From positions 742-64,741 of the forward strand of contig CABULC010000006.1 in assembly GCA_902492325.1 (NCBI GenBank): a DNA stretch of 64,000 bases. The letters are read 5' to 3'. The notes under the pieces are model-generated. The model was not told where the DNA came from, did no database searches, and worked only from the letters and a program-made list of their open reading frames with translations. Made by a program: the position numbers and the translations under genes. Shown here in pieces: positions 9,521 to 19,028 of this stretch (the first letter of the stretch is position 1; each line of letters begins with the position of its first letter). Origin of the DNA: an uncultured Clostridium sp. GTDB lineage: Bacteria; Bacillota_I; Bacilli_A; RF39; UBA660.

Positions 9521-10735
9521 CTATATACCCAATAATTGTTTCTTTTTAGCATCAAAATCTTCTTGAGTAATAATACCTGCATCTAATAATTCTTTTGCTT
9601 TTTTAAGTTCAGCATATGGATCAGCTTGTGTTTGTGCAGGAGTTTCAGTTGTATTTGCAGTAGCAACACCACCTACATTAATAAATGGGTTTTGATTAGC
9701 ATTTGCTGGTTGTTGTACACCATTCATCATACCAGCACCAGCTTGCATTCCCATTCCCATGAATGCCATACCAGTTCCACCACCATTTTCTCCAGCAGCT
9801 TGAACTCCACGAGCAACAGATTGTTGCATAAATGAATTACCTCTAGCTCCACTTAAAGCATCAGCTTTCTTAACATCACTAAGAAGTGCTTTAGTATCCG
9901 CATCATATTCGATAGATAAGATAGCAGTTTTAACAATTTCTAAACCTCTATCGCTCTTCCATTGATAAGCATCTTCTACAGCTTGTGCCATAGATTGAGC
10001 AAATCCAATTTGATCTCCTTGAATCTTAGCAATTCTATTTCCCTTACTAGGATCATTTGTATAATTAGAAAATGCACCTGATAAAGAACCAACTACTTCA
10101 TTAAATAATTGAGTAGCAGCATCATTCTCCATATCAGCAAAATCAAATACTTGAGCATCTTCTGTTAAATATTTTTGTGGTACAAAGTTTTTAACAAATA
10201 ATAGTGGATCTACTATTTTTAATGTATATGTACCTCTAGTAACAGCTCCAACTTGAGCATTTAGATATGCATCATCCCAATAAATTTCTGATTGAGTTCC
10301 AAATTTATTATTTGGTATTTCTTTTAAATTTACATAGAAAGCTAATTGTTGACTAGTAGCTTGTCCACCAAATTTAAATCTTTCCCAAGATGTTCCAATA
10401 GTTGATGATAAAATTCCATCACCTGCAAACATACTTCTTGAGTTAGGATCATCTGACTTAAATTCAAATCCTCCTGGTTCTGCAATTAGACCTGTAATTT
10501 GTCCATCTTGCATTGTAATTAATGCTGTACCTTCAGGAACAACAATTTTACTACCATTAGTAATTACATTGCTTTGTCCCTTGTAGTTCTCTCCTACTCC
10601 AGCATTAGTACCTTTAGGTACTGCTCTAAATAATCCTGCTGTTGCTGGAACACCTTTCATAGGTTCATAAAAATCCAACCATTGATCAGCAAAAGTGGCG
10701 CTTATAGCACCTGAAAATGCTTTAATAAATCCCAT
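9521..10735 (-). CDS. SPFH-like (COG4260 / YdjI-type) protein with C-terminal SHOCT domain
   Basis: N-terminus MGFIKAFSGAISATFADQW is typical of the COG4260 family. A Gly/Met-rich linker precedes the SHOCT motif ELKKAKELLDAGIITQEDFDAKKKQLLG. Start set to ATG 10735, which has AGAGAGG upstream. Confidence 0.6.
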   Translation of the reverse strand: MGFIKAFSGAISATFADQWLDFYEPMKGVPATAGLFRAVPKGTNAGVGENYKGQSNVITNGSKIVVPEGTALITMQDGQITGLIAEPGGFEFKSDDPNSRSMFAGDGILSSTIGTSWERFKFGGQATSQQLAFYVNLKEIPNNKFGTQSEIYWDDAYLNAQVGAVTRGTYTLKIVDPLLFVKNFVPQKYLTEDAQVFDFADMENDAATQLFNEVVGSLSGAFSNYTNDPSKGNRIAKIQGDQIGFAQSMAQAVEDAYQWKSDRGLEIVKTAILSIEYDADTKALLSDVKKADALSGARGNSFMQQSVARGVQAAGENGGGTGMAFMGMGMQAGAGMMNGVQQPANANQNPFINVGGVATANTTETPAQTQADPYAELKKAKELLDAGIITQEDFDAKKKQLLGI

Positions 10736-10853
10736 AATCATACCTCTCTTCTCTAGCATTTTTTTTCTAAATTAAGTATAAAATAAAAGATATATCTTAC
10801 TTATACTTCATCTATCATTACAATTATATCATAAATATATTTTCTTTATCTAC

Positions 10854-10883
10854 AAAAAAAGACATATCATTTAGATATGTCTT
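10854..10883 (-). terminator. intrinsic terminator after the slipin gene
   Basis: Minus strand: AAGACATATC-TAAAT-GATATGTCTT followed by TTTTTTTG. Confidence 0.75.
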
Positions 10884-10889
10884 TAAATA

Positions 10890-11684
10890 TTATTCATTAT
10901 TATGATTTTTAGTAATCTTTTTAACTACTTCAGTAGCATCTACACTTTTACCTTTTATAGCTTCTAGTACTTCAATTGGTACACAGAATATAATTGTATT
11001 TGATTGATCACTACTTATATCATTAATAGTTGACAATGTTCTTAAATGCATAGCGCCTGGAGTTGAAGCCATTGTTTCTGCAGCTATAGCTAAGTTTTTA
11101 GATGCTTCTACTTCACCTTGAGCTTTTGTAAGAATTGCTTCTTTCTCACGTTCAGCTTCAGCAGCTTTAGCAATTACTCTCTTCATTTCTTCAGGAAGAC
11201 TAACATCTTTAAGTTCAACATTCTCTACTTTAATTCCCCATGGATCTGTAGCTTCATCAATTATCTTACAAATCTCTGTAGATATCTTCTCTCTTTCTCC
11301 TAAAAGTTCATTTAAAGATACACTACCTACTACATTTCTCATAGTAGTTTGAGCAAGTTGACTAACTGCATAATAGAAATTTTCAACTTCTAAAATAGCC
11401 TTAGATGCATCAAATATCTTATAGTAAATAACAGCATTGATTCTAACTGAAACATTATCTTTTGTAATAGCATCTTGTTCTGGAACATCTACTGCTTTAG
11501 TTCTTATATCAATTTTCTTATATGATTGAAATATTGGTAATATTATATTCCAACCAGGTTCCATAATACTACTAAACTTACCACAAGTAAATTTAACTCC
11601 TCTTTCATACTCATCAATTTGAACAATACTTCTTAGTAATGTAATTACTACAATTACTACTATAACCCAAAATAACCAATTCAT
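10890..11684 (-). CDS. SPFH/band-7 (stomatin-prohibitin, slipin) family membrane protein
   Basis: N-terminal TM, a band-7 core (IDEYERGVKF...VDVPEQDAITKDNV) and an Ala/Glu-rich coiled coil AKAAEAEREKEA. Confidence 0.85.
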   Translation of the reverse strand: MNWLFWVIVVIVVITLLRSIVQIDEYERGVKFTCGKFSSIMEPGWNIILPIFQSYKKIDIRTKAVDVPEQDAITKDNVSVRINAVIYYKIFDASKAILEVENFYYAVSQLAQTTMRNVVGSVSLNELLGEREKISTEICKIIDEATDPWGIKVENVELKDVSLPEEMKRVIAKAAEAEREKEAILTKAQGEVEASKNLAIAAETMASTPGAMHLRTLSTINDISSDQSNTIIFCVPIEVLEAIKGKSVDATEVVKKITKNHNNE

Positions 11685-11740
11685 AAGTTACCACCTTTCT
11701 TAACACTATTATATTATAAATATAGACAAAACAAAAGAAG

Positions 11741-12067
11741 TTATTCACTAACTTCTTCATTTTTACACTCTTTGTTAATTGTATAATCATTAAGTATAAG
11801 TCCTTTAGATACAACTATACTTTGAATACACTTTTCATCATATTTTTTAGAATCTTCTATATATTCATCTTTAACAAGTTCTTTGATATATATTATAGTT
11901 GCACTAGCAACAGATAATTTAATATTATTATCTTCAATATAATGATTTGCAGCACTTCTAAGTTCTCTTTCTATCTTATTATCTTCAAGATTAAGCCCAA
12001 GTATTACAAGCATTCCACAAATCATTACTATTAGACTACCCCAAACTATCATTATGTTTTTACTCAT
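11741..12067 (-). CDS. small membrane-anchored protein, paralogue of the upstream ORF
   Basis: One N-terminal TM. Shares the pattern AAxxYIxDN ... L..xxYI ... C ... C with ORF 12067..12495. Its start overlaps the upstream stop. Confidence 0.35.
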   Translation of the reverse strand: MSKNIMIVWGSLIVMICGMLVILGLNLEDNKIERELRSAANHYIEDNNIKLSVASATIIYIKELVKDEYIEDSKKYDEKCIQSIVVSKGLILNDYTINKECKNEEVSE

Positions 12068-12495
12068 TAAAAATCATTTTCACTTTCATAACCAGTAGTT
12101 GTATATTTAGGACATTTTATATATGAAACATATACTACATTTCCGCCTGAAGATGTTATGACTTTAGCATACCCAGAACAACTTCTGTTTTTATTATCAG
12201 TTAATTCTGACATATAACCATTAGATATTAATGTTGATGTTCTAATAATCACAATATCTTCAGAAGAACCACTGTAATTATCTATATAATACTTTTTAGC
12301 TGCTTCTACTACTTTAGTTTCAAGTGGCTCATAAGAATATACTTCTTTCTCTTCTTCAGCCGGTTTAATTAATGGATTATTATTTTCACCTAAAAGGCCT
12401 AATCTATTAAGCCCTATCGTAGCTATTACTAAACAAAATAAGAACATTAAAATATATAAAAGTTCTGCTCTTAATCCCCATCCATTTTTATTCAT
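12067..12495 (-). CDS. small membrane-anchored protein (weakly pilin-like N-terminus)
   Basis: N-terminus MNKNGWGLRAELLYILMFLF resembles a prepilin leader, but the Glu is at +6 rather than +5. AGGTGA lies upstream of ATG 12495. Confidence 0.35.
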   Translation of the reverse strand: MNKNGWGLRAELLYILMFLFCLVIATIGLNRLGLLGENNNPLIKPAEEEKEVYSYEPLETKVVEAAKKYYIDNYSGSSEDIVIIRTSTLISNGYMSELTDNKNRSCSGYAKVITSSGGNVVYVSYIKCPKYTTTGYESENDF

Positions 12496-12538
12496 ATTTA
12501 TCACCTACCTAAATTATATATCATAATTATTAATTTTT

Positions 12539-12832
12539 CTATAACAATTCTTCTATTTTACTTCTAACTTCATCATCTTTAATACTTGTTAATAATTCTT
12601 TTATTTTATTATTTCTATCATTTATTTTAAGTATTTCTTCGAACTTAGTAAGTTTACCAGTTATTTGATTTAAATATTTTGATGCATAACTTCTACTAAC
12701 TTCATATAAATCAGCTATTTCACCAAGACTATAATCTTCAAAATAATAGTATTCAAAATAGTTTCTTTCTTTTTCATTAAGTAATTCTTTATATATAAGA
12801 TATAAGTTTACTATATATTCTCTTTCTATCAT
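12539..12832 (-). CDS. ylxM: YlxM/UPF0122 HTH protein (SRP-locus associated)
   Basis: 97 aa with a sigma70-region-4-like HTH (YYFEDYSLGEIADLYEVSRSYASKYL). It lies immediately downstream of ftsY. Confidence 0.8.
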   Translation of the reverse strand: MIEREYIVNLYLIYKELLNEKERNYFEYYYFEDYSLGEIADLYEVSRSYASKYLNQITGKLTKFEEILKINDRNNKIKELLTSIKDDEVRSKIEELL

Positions 12833-13866
12833 TAGAACTCCTTAAATAATCCATATATATACTTTTCAATATCAAATGGTATTAAATCAGTTTCTTTTTC
12901 ACCAAGTCCTACAAACTTAACTGGAATATTTACTAGTTCCTTAATAGCAAGTACTATACCACCTTTAGCAGTACCATCTAGTTTAGTAAGAACTATACCT
13001 GTTATATTAGTTATTTCTTTAAAACTCTTAGCTTGAGCTATACCATTTTGTCCAGTAGTAGCATCTATAACAAGTAATGTTTCAACTGGATTACCAGGTA
13101 ATATTTCATTAATAACTCTATTCATCTTTTCAAGTTCTTTCATTAAATTAACTTTGTTTTGAAGTCTACCAGCTGTATCTACAAGTACTAAGTCATACTT
13201 TTCATCTTTAGCTTTTTTAAGTCCATCGTATATAACAGCAGAAGGATCTTTTCTATCATCTCCATAAAAAGATACTCCAATTCTTTCTGCCCATTCATTT
13301 AATTGATTAACTGCTCCTGCTCTAAAAGTATCTCCAGCAATTAACATTATTTTCTTTCCATCATTCTTAAACTTATTAGCTATTTTAGCAATACTAGTAG
13401 TTTTACCAACACCATTAACCCCTACAAAAAGAACTACGTTAGTTTCATCTTCTTTAAGATTAAGTTTACTTGATAAGATATCATCCCCAACATAAATCAT
13501 GAATAACTCATCAACTATAACTTCTTTTAAATATTCAAAGTCAGTAATACTTTCACTTTTAACACGCTTTTTAAGTCTATCAACAAAATCCATAACAGTG
13601 TTAACACCAATATCAGCAGTAATTAATATCTCTTCAAGTTCATCATAAAAGTCATCACTTATTTTAGTATATTTAATTCCTAATAAAGAAAGTTTACTAA
13701 CAAAATTATCGCGACTCTTAGAAAGACCTTCAACATACTTTTCTGTCTCTTTAGCTTCTTCTATTTCTTCACTTTCTTCACTATTATCTATTTCTTCTTC
13801 ATTAATTTTTTCTTTAATTTCTTCTTGCTTATTAAAAATATTTTTAATTTTACTAAAAAATCCCAT
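12832..13866 (-). CDS. ftsY: signal recognition particle receptor FtsY
   Basis: Acidic N-terminus and an NG domain with GVNGVGKTT, DTAGR and TKLDGTAKGG. The ATG at 13866 (MGFFSKIK) is preceded by AGGTGA. Confidence 0.9.
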   Translation of the reverse strand: MGFFSKIKNIFNKQEEIKEKINEEEIDNSEESEEIEEAKETEKYVEGLSKSRDNFVSKLSLLGIKYTKISDDFYDELEEILITADIGVNTVMDFVDRLKKRVKSESITDFEYLKEVIVDELFMIYVGDDILSSKLNLKEDETNVVLFVGVNGVGKTTSIAKIANKFKNDGKKIMLIAGDTFRAGAVNQLNEWAERIGVSFYGDDRKDPSAVIYDGLKKAKDEKYDLVLVDTAGRLQNKVNLMKELEKMNRVINEILPGNPVETLLVIDATTGQNGIAQAKSFKEITNITGIVLTKLDGTAKGGIVLAIKELVNIPVKFVGLGEKETDLIPFDIEKYIYGLFKEF

Positions 13867-13976
13867 CTTCATCACCTAATTGCTATTATACCATATAAAA
13901 TCCCGATAACTAGACAAAACTTAATTTTTTTGATATAATCTATAAATACAAATTGACTTTTCGAAGGGATGATGAA

Positions 13977-15665
13977 ATGAATAGTAAAAATAACGAGACT
14001 TTAGTCTGTGCGTTAGGTGGCTTAGGCGAAGTTGGTAAAAATATGTATGTTGTTATGCATGAAGAAGAATTATTTATAATAGATTGCGGAGTTATGTTTC
14101 CAGAAGATGATTTAATGGGAATTGACTATGTACTAGCTGATTATAATATTCTTAAAACTATGCAAAACAAAATTAAAGGTTTAATTATAACACATGGTCA
14201 TGAAGATCATATTGGTGGTATACCATTCTTACTTCAAAATATTAATATACCTGTTATATATACACCTAATATTGCAGGAAAACTTATTAAGAATAAACTT
14301 GAAGAAAGAAATATACCTTGTCCTAAAATGGTAACTGTTAATGAAGAATTATATATTAGAACTAAACATTTTAGTATTGAGTTCTTCACTACTACTCACT
14401 CTATACCAGATTCATTTGGTATGGCTATACATACTCCAAATGGAACTATAGTAGAAACAGGAGACTTCAAAATAGATTTAACTCCTATTGGACCAGTTGC
14501 TAATATGGGTAAAATGGCTGCTATTGGAAATGAAGGCGTTACACTTCTAATGAGTGATTCAACTAATGCTTTAACTCCAGGTTTCTCAGCAAGTGAATCA
14601 GTAGTAGACGAAGCACTTGGCGAAATATTCGCAGCAAACACTGAATCAAGAATAATATTAGCTACATTCGCAAGTAACATCTATAGACTTACTCACATCG
14701 TAGAAACTTGTAAAGAAAACAATAGAAAAATCGCAGTATTTGGTCGTAGTATGAACACAAATATTGAAATAGCTATAGAATGTGGTTATATAAAAGATAA
14801 AGATATATTTATAACAAGTGATGAAGCTAATAAACTTCCACCATCAAAAGTATGTTTACTTTGTACAGGTAGTCAAGGAGAACCTTTAGCTGCCCTATCT
14901 CGTATCGCAAATGGAAATGATAGAAATATAACTCTTATGAAAGATGATACTGTTATATTCTCAAGTTCACCAATACCAGGTAACTCAATGTCAATTAATA
15001 GAATCATTAATAAATTATATTTAAAAGGTGCTAAAGTTTATACTAATACTAGTGAATATGATGTACACACAAGTGGACACGCAAAACAAGAAGAATTAAA
15101 ATTATTATTAAGACTTATACGTCCTAAATATTTTATGCCAATGCATGGTGAATATAGAATGTTAGTAGCACACACTGACTTAGGAGTACTTTGTGATATA
15201 CCAAGAGAAAATACATTCGTATGTAAAAATGGAGATGTGATTGCTCTTAAAGATGGAGTTGTTTATAGAAAAGGTTCTATTCCAATAAATGATATATATG
15301 TAGATGGAAGCAGAATTGGAGACGTTGGTGTTTCAATAATAAAAGATAGGAAAATAATGTCAACAGACGGAGTACTTATAGTTATATTAAATATTGATTT
15401 AGTTAACAAAAAACTATTATTAGAACCAAATATAACTACAAGAGGATTCGTAGTAGTAAATGATAATCAAGATTTAATTAAAAAAATACAAGATAAAACA
15501 AATATAATCGCACTAAATGAACTTGAAAAAGATAACTTCAGTCTAACAGACTTAAAAAATAGAATTATCTTAGAAATAAATTCATATGTTATAGAATTAA
15601 CTGGTAGAAGACCAATTATAATTCCAATGATATTAACAACAAAAGAAAACTTGAATAACAATTAA
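13977..15665 (+). CDS. rnj: ribonuclease J
   Basis: Beta-CASP metallo-beta-lactamase motif HGHEDHIGG and a C-terminal domain. Start set to ATG 13977 (MNSKNNETL), which has GAAGGGA upstream; the ORF-track TTG is at 13953. Confidence 0.9.
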   Translation: MNSKNNETLVCALGGLGEVGKNMYVVMHEEELFIIDCGVMFPEDDLMGIDYVLADYNILKTMQNKIKGLIITHGHEDHIGGIPFLLQNINIPVIYTPNIAGKLIKNKLEERNIPCPKMVTVNEELYIRTKHFSIEFFTTTHSIPDSFGMAIHTPNGTIVETGDFKIDLTPIGPVANMGKMAAIGNEGVTLLMSDSTNALTPGFSASESVVDEALGEIFAANTESRIILATFASNIYRLTHIVETCKENNRKIAVFGRSMNTNIEIAIECGYIKDKDIFITSDEANKLPPSKVCLLCTGSQGEPLAALSRIANGNDRNITLMKDDTVIFSSSPIPGNSMSINRIINKLYLKGAKVYTNTSEYDVHTSGHAKQEELKLLLRLIRPKYFMPMHGEYRMLVAHTDLGVLCDIPRENTFVCKNGDVIALKDGVVYRKGSIPINDIYVDGSRIGDVGVSIIKDRKIMSTDGVLIVILNIDLVNKKLLLEPNITTRGFVVVNDNQDLIKKIQDKTNIIALNELEKDNFSLTDLKNRIILEINSYVIELTGRRPIIIPMILTTKENLNNN

Positions 15666-15681
15666 TTCAAGTTTTTTATTT
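15647..15681 (+). terminator. intrinsic terminator of rnj
   Basis: aaacttgaat-loop-attcaagttt followed by tttatttta. It overlaps the rnj stop. Confidence 0.65.
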
Positions 15682-16920
15682 TATAAGTTTTCTTTCAAAA
15701 CTAATAGTATCTTTATCATCAAAATTTATATAATCAACAGAAAGGTTAACTGCCCTACACCCTTCAAAATCAATATTTCCAACTAAAAATCCTCTATTAA
15801 CAATTGTATATGCGTTTGATGGAAGATCAGCAAGAGTTGGAACTCTAAATATCGCATACTTTCCATCAAAGAAACATTTATATTGATGACTATGTCCAAA
15901 GAAATTTAAAAGTACTGTTGAGTCTTCAACTTCATTTAATAATCTAGATATTTCATGTTTTAATGAGATATACTCTTCTTTTGCTTTCATATATGAACTT
16001 CTGTATCCTGTAACAACAAAATCTTTTCTCTCATGTAAAGAATCCGAAATATCAAATTCATTAATAACTATAGGAAAAGCATCATGATTACCAAGTAACA
16101 TTACATTAATAATACTTTCATCATACGGATAGTCTTCAATAACATGATTAACTTGAGCTCCAACATTCATATACTTTCTTTTACAACGTCTATAATTAGC
16201 ATAACTTCCTTCAATTAAATCACCAGCATGAAATATATATTTAATACCATGACTTAATGCATAATCATAAACTTCTTTTAAATAATCAAAGTTTTCATAC
16301 TTACTTCCAAAATGAGTATCACTTATAACTATAAATTTAAAGTTATCACTAACATCTAACATATATGAATCACTAACATATGAATGAGATAAAACTCTTT
16401 CATTATTAAGACCTTTCTGTACCATTAATTGCTTTCTAGGAATCTTATCATTATGAACTCTAACAACAGTATTTTCATATCTTAAAGCCACTAATACTTC
16501 ATCAATACTATTTCTAACTAAATTTAAATATATTTTTTCTTCTTCACTTCCATAATTATATAAATCAATATACATTGCTTTAAGTAAAGATAAATAAACA
16601 GATAAACTAATATTAAGTAGTGATACTATCTCCATATAACTTTGACCATCACATAACATATCAAATATTTGATTTCTTTTAGTGCCACCAAAATTTCTAG
16701 TAACATTCTTAACTTTCTTTTTAAGAAGTACATCAATCATAGTAATTAAATAAAAACTCTCTTCATCCATTGAAGAAACTATATCACTTCTTATTCTTCT
16801 TAGCATAGAAACTACATAAGACTTCTCCAAATTTAATGTTTTAGATATAAAATCAACATCATAACCTTGTTTTACTAAATTAATTATATATTCATATACA
16901 TCAAAATTAACATTCTTCAT
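15676..16920 (-). CDS. metallophosphoesterase with an N-terminal ~160-aa HTH-like extension
   Basis: Calcineurin-like motifs ISDTHFG, GDLIEG, GNHD and GHSH. The N-terminal region has two HTH-like stretches (FISKTLNLEKSYVVSML and YMEIVSLLNISLSVYLSLL). Confidence 0.6.
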   Translation of the reverse strand: MKNVNFDVYEYIINLVKQGYDVDFISKTLNLEKSYVVSMLRRIRSDIVSSMDEESFYLITMIDVLLKKKVKNVTRNFGGTKRNQIFDMLCDGQSYMEIVSLLNISLSVYLSLLKAMYIDLYNYGSEEEKIYLNLVRNSIDEVLVALRYENTVVRVHNDKIPRKQLMVQKGLNNERVLSHSYVSDSYMLDVSDNFKFIVISDTHFGSKYENFDYLKEVYDYALSHGIKYIFHAGDLIEGSYANYRRCKRKYMNVGAQVNHVIEDYPYDESIINVMLLGNHDAFPIVINEFDISDSLHERKDFVVTGYRSSYMKAKEEYISLKHEISRLLNEVEDSTVLLNFFGHSHQYKCFFDGKYAIFRVPTLADLPSNAYTIVNRGFLVGNIDFEGCRAVNLSVDYINFDDKDTISFERKLIK

Positions 16921-16974
16921 AGTTTCTCCTTAAGTTATAAAATATAATACTACAAAAAAAGAGTTTTTAAAACT

Positions 16975-18399
16975 CTATTTTTCATATTCTACTTTATAAA
17001 GATTAGAATCTATATCAATTATATATTTATCTCTAGTTTCAGATATAAATAATGGATACTTATAATTTTCATTCTTTAAAGTCATATAACCCATTTCACT
17101 AATTAAAGGTACATCATAAGTTTTAAATGATTTTTTAAATTCTTCTAAGAATGTTTGAGTATTAGATAAATTATTCTTATTTAAATAATTACTATAATAT
17201 ATTTTAGTTTCTGTATTAGTACTATTGATTATAACTAAATAAGAGCTCATATTTTCAACTATTTCAAATGATTTAATATCTTTATAGTCAAATACAACAA
17301 AGTCATCATTATTTTTATTTCTAACCTCTAAAAGGCCATCATTATTTATAAAGAATTCATATATATAATTAGCTTCAATTTTATCATCTTCTCCAACATA
17401 TATATCTCTAATATGATTAATAGTATAAGAATTATAATATGGATAATGTGTCTCTATATCATTATATTTAATAGTCTTAGAATTAAATTCATAACATACT
17501 TGATAATCTTCATACCCTTCAATAAATACTTGAATTGGTAATAATAATAGAACAAATAATGCTATCATAGTACAAACTAATCTCTTATCATTTCTATCTA
17601 TAACTTTATTACCATCTTTTAAATTAGTTCTCTTAAGTACAAGTAAAGCACCTACAAAATTAATTCCTGATAATAGTAATGTTGATATAGAATTATAAAT
17701 AATAATACCAGTAGTTGGTGTATTAAATGTACAATCTTTTATTAGGTTCATATCTCCAAGCATTAAACAAAAATCATAAACACCATGTAAGAATATAACA
17801 GCCCATATATTTTTAGTTTTATAATATATACTTCCTAGTAAAAGACCAGCTGATGTTGCTTGAATAATTTGTATTATAGTTGTAAGTAAATCTTGACCAG
17901 CTACCAAATTAGTTAAATGAATTAATCCAAATATTAAAGATGAAAATGATATAGAAAGTATAATGTGTTTTTTCGTATCCCCATATCTTTCAATAAATTC
18001 ATTTTGAAGCCATCCTCTACATAAGAATTCTTCTGCTATACCAATAAATATTGTTAAAAATAATAAATTTATAAAATTTCCAAGATTAAATCCATCAAGA
18101 GAAGATAAACTTCCAAGTAAAGATATACCAGCTATTATAAGCATTGGAAATCCTAAAGTAATTGATTTAAAGAACTTTTGTTTTTTATCAGTAAATACAT
18201 ATGAATTTTTAAATAGCAACATAACAACAAGTACAAGTAATGCATATATAACTTCTAATAAAAGTTCGGTACCATATTTATAATATGAAATGTTATTTGA
18301 TATAAATCCTGGTAATACAGTTATAAGACAATCAATTAATATAAACACAATTAACATTTCTATAAAATATAAAAATATATTCTTTTTATTCTTTTTCAT
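16975..18399 (-). CDS. CPBP (CAAX-type) intramembrane glutamic/metalloprotease family protein with a C-terminal soluble extension
   Basis: EEFLCRGW (EExxxR), FGLIHL and HGVYDF motifs in a polytopic N-terminal half. About 190 aa of C-terminal domain follow. Confidence 0.7.
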   Translation of the reverse strand: MKKNKKNIFLYFIEMLIVFILIDCLITVLPGFISNNISYYKYGTELLLEVIYALLVLVVMLLFKNSYVFTDKKQKFFKSITLGFPMLIIAGISLLGSLSSLDGFNLGNFINLLFLTIFIGIAEEFLCRGWLQNEFIERYGDTKKHIILSISFSSLIFGLIHLTNLVAGQDLLTTIIQIIQATSAGLLLGSIYYKTKNIWAVIFLHGVYDFCLMLGDMNLIKDCTFNTPTTGIIIYNSISTLLLSGINFVGALLVLKRTNLKDGNKVIDRNDKRLVCTMIALFVLLLLPIQVFIEGYEDYQVCYEFNSKTIKYNDIETHYPYYNSYTINHIRDIYVGEDDKIEANYIYEFFINNDGLLEVRNKNNDDFVVFDYKDIKSFEIVENMSSYLVIINSTNTETKIYYSNYLNKNNLSNTQTFLEEFKKSFKTYDVPLISEMGYMTLKNENYKYPLFISETRDKYIIDIDSNLYKVEYEK

Positions 18400-18407
18400 G
18401 AGTTCAC

Positions 18408-18929
18408 CTATTTATCCTTCTCATCATCGCTTAGAATTCTAAGAATTTTATTTTGATTATATTGTATCTTAGACATTTGATCATGCAATTCTTCAAGAAT
18501 TAATTCACTTTTTAAATCAGTTTTATAATCATTCTTACCTCTTAAAGTATCTTTTTTAGCAGCTCTATTTTGACTCATCATAATTATTGGAGCTTGTAAA
18601 GCTGCCACACATGATAAGAATAAATTAAGTAATATAAATGGATATGGATCAAAAGCATCTTCTTCACTAAGTATTATAAGATTTATTCCCATCCATAAAA
18701 TTAAAAATATTATAAAACCAATAATAAATCCCCAACTACCTGCTTTCTCCGTAATCTTATCAGCAAGTTTATCTTTCCATGTTTCATTTTCTTCAGCTTG
18801 TTTATCTACATCTATCGCAATTGGCTCATTAAACAAAATCTCCATTAATTGAGATTCATCTTCATTTTCTAATTCTCTATTTTTAAGTAGCATTTTTACA
18901 ATTTCTTTTTTAGTTCTAACTTGTCCCAT
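18408..18929 (-). CDS. DUF1003-family membrane protein
   Basis: Two TM segments with DPYPFILLNLFLSCVAALQAPIIMMSQNR, characteristic of DUF1003. Confidence 0.6.
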   Translation of the reverse strand: MGQVRTKKEIVKMLLKNRELENEDESQLMEILFNEPIAIDVDKQAEENETWKDKLADKITEKAGSWGFIIGFIIFLILWMGINLIILSEEDAFDPYPFILLNLFLSCVAALQAPIIMMSQNRAAKKDTLRGKNDYKTDLKSELILEELHDQMSKIQYNQNKILRILSDDEKDK

Positions 18930-18988
18930 ATATCTTACCTCTACTATAAATAATAATATAACAAATGCTTTTTAAAGTAAAGAAGAAG

Positions 18989-19021
18989 TCCCACATTTAT
19001 ATATTTTAAATCAATAAAAAA
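18989..19021 (+). repeat. 33-nt direct repeat, copy 1
   Basis: tcccacatttatatattttaaatcaataaaaaa; 31/33 identical to 19420..19452. The extended AAGTCCCACATT matches the T-arm/acceptor junction of the nearby tRNA-Ala, but in the opposite orientation. Confidence 0.7.
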
Positions 19022-19028
19022 ATATAAA

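Noticed and set aside
11614-11814. Minus-strand 66-aa ORF bridging the slipin start and the end of ORF 11741..12067.
   Set aside because: It overlaps two better-supported genes out of frame. The intergenic part contains the slipin SD (AAAGGTGG), and there is no SD of its own.
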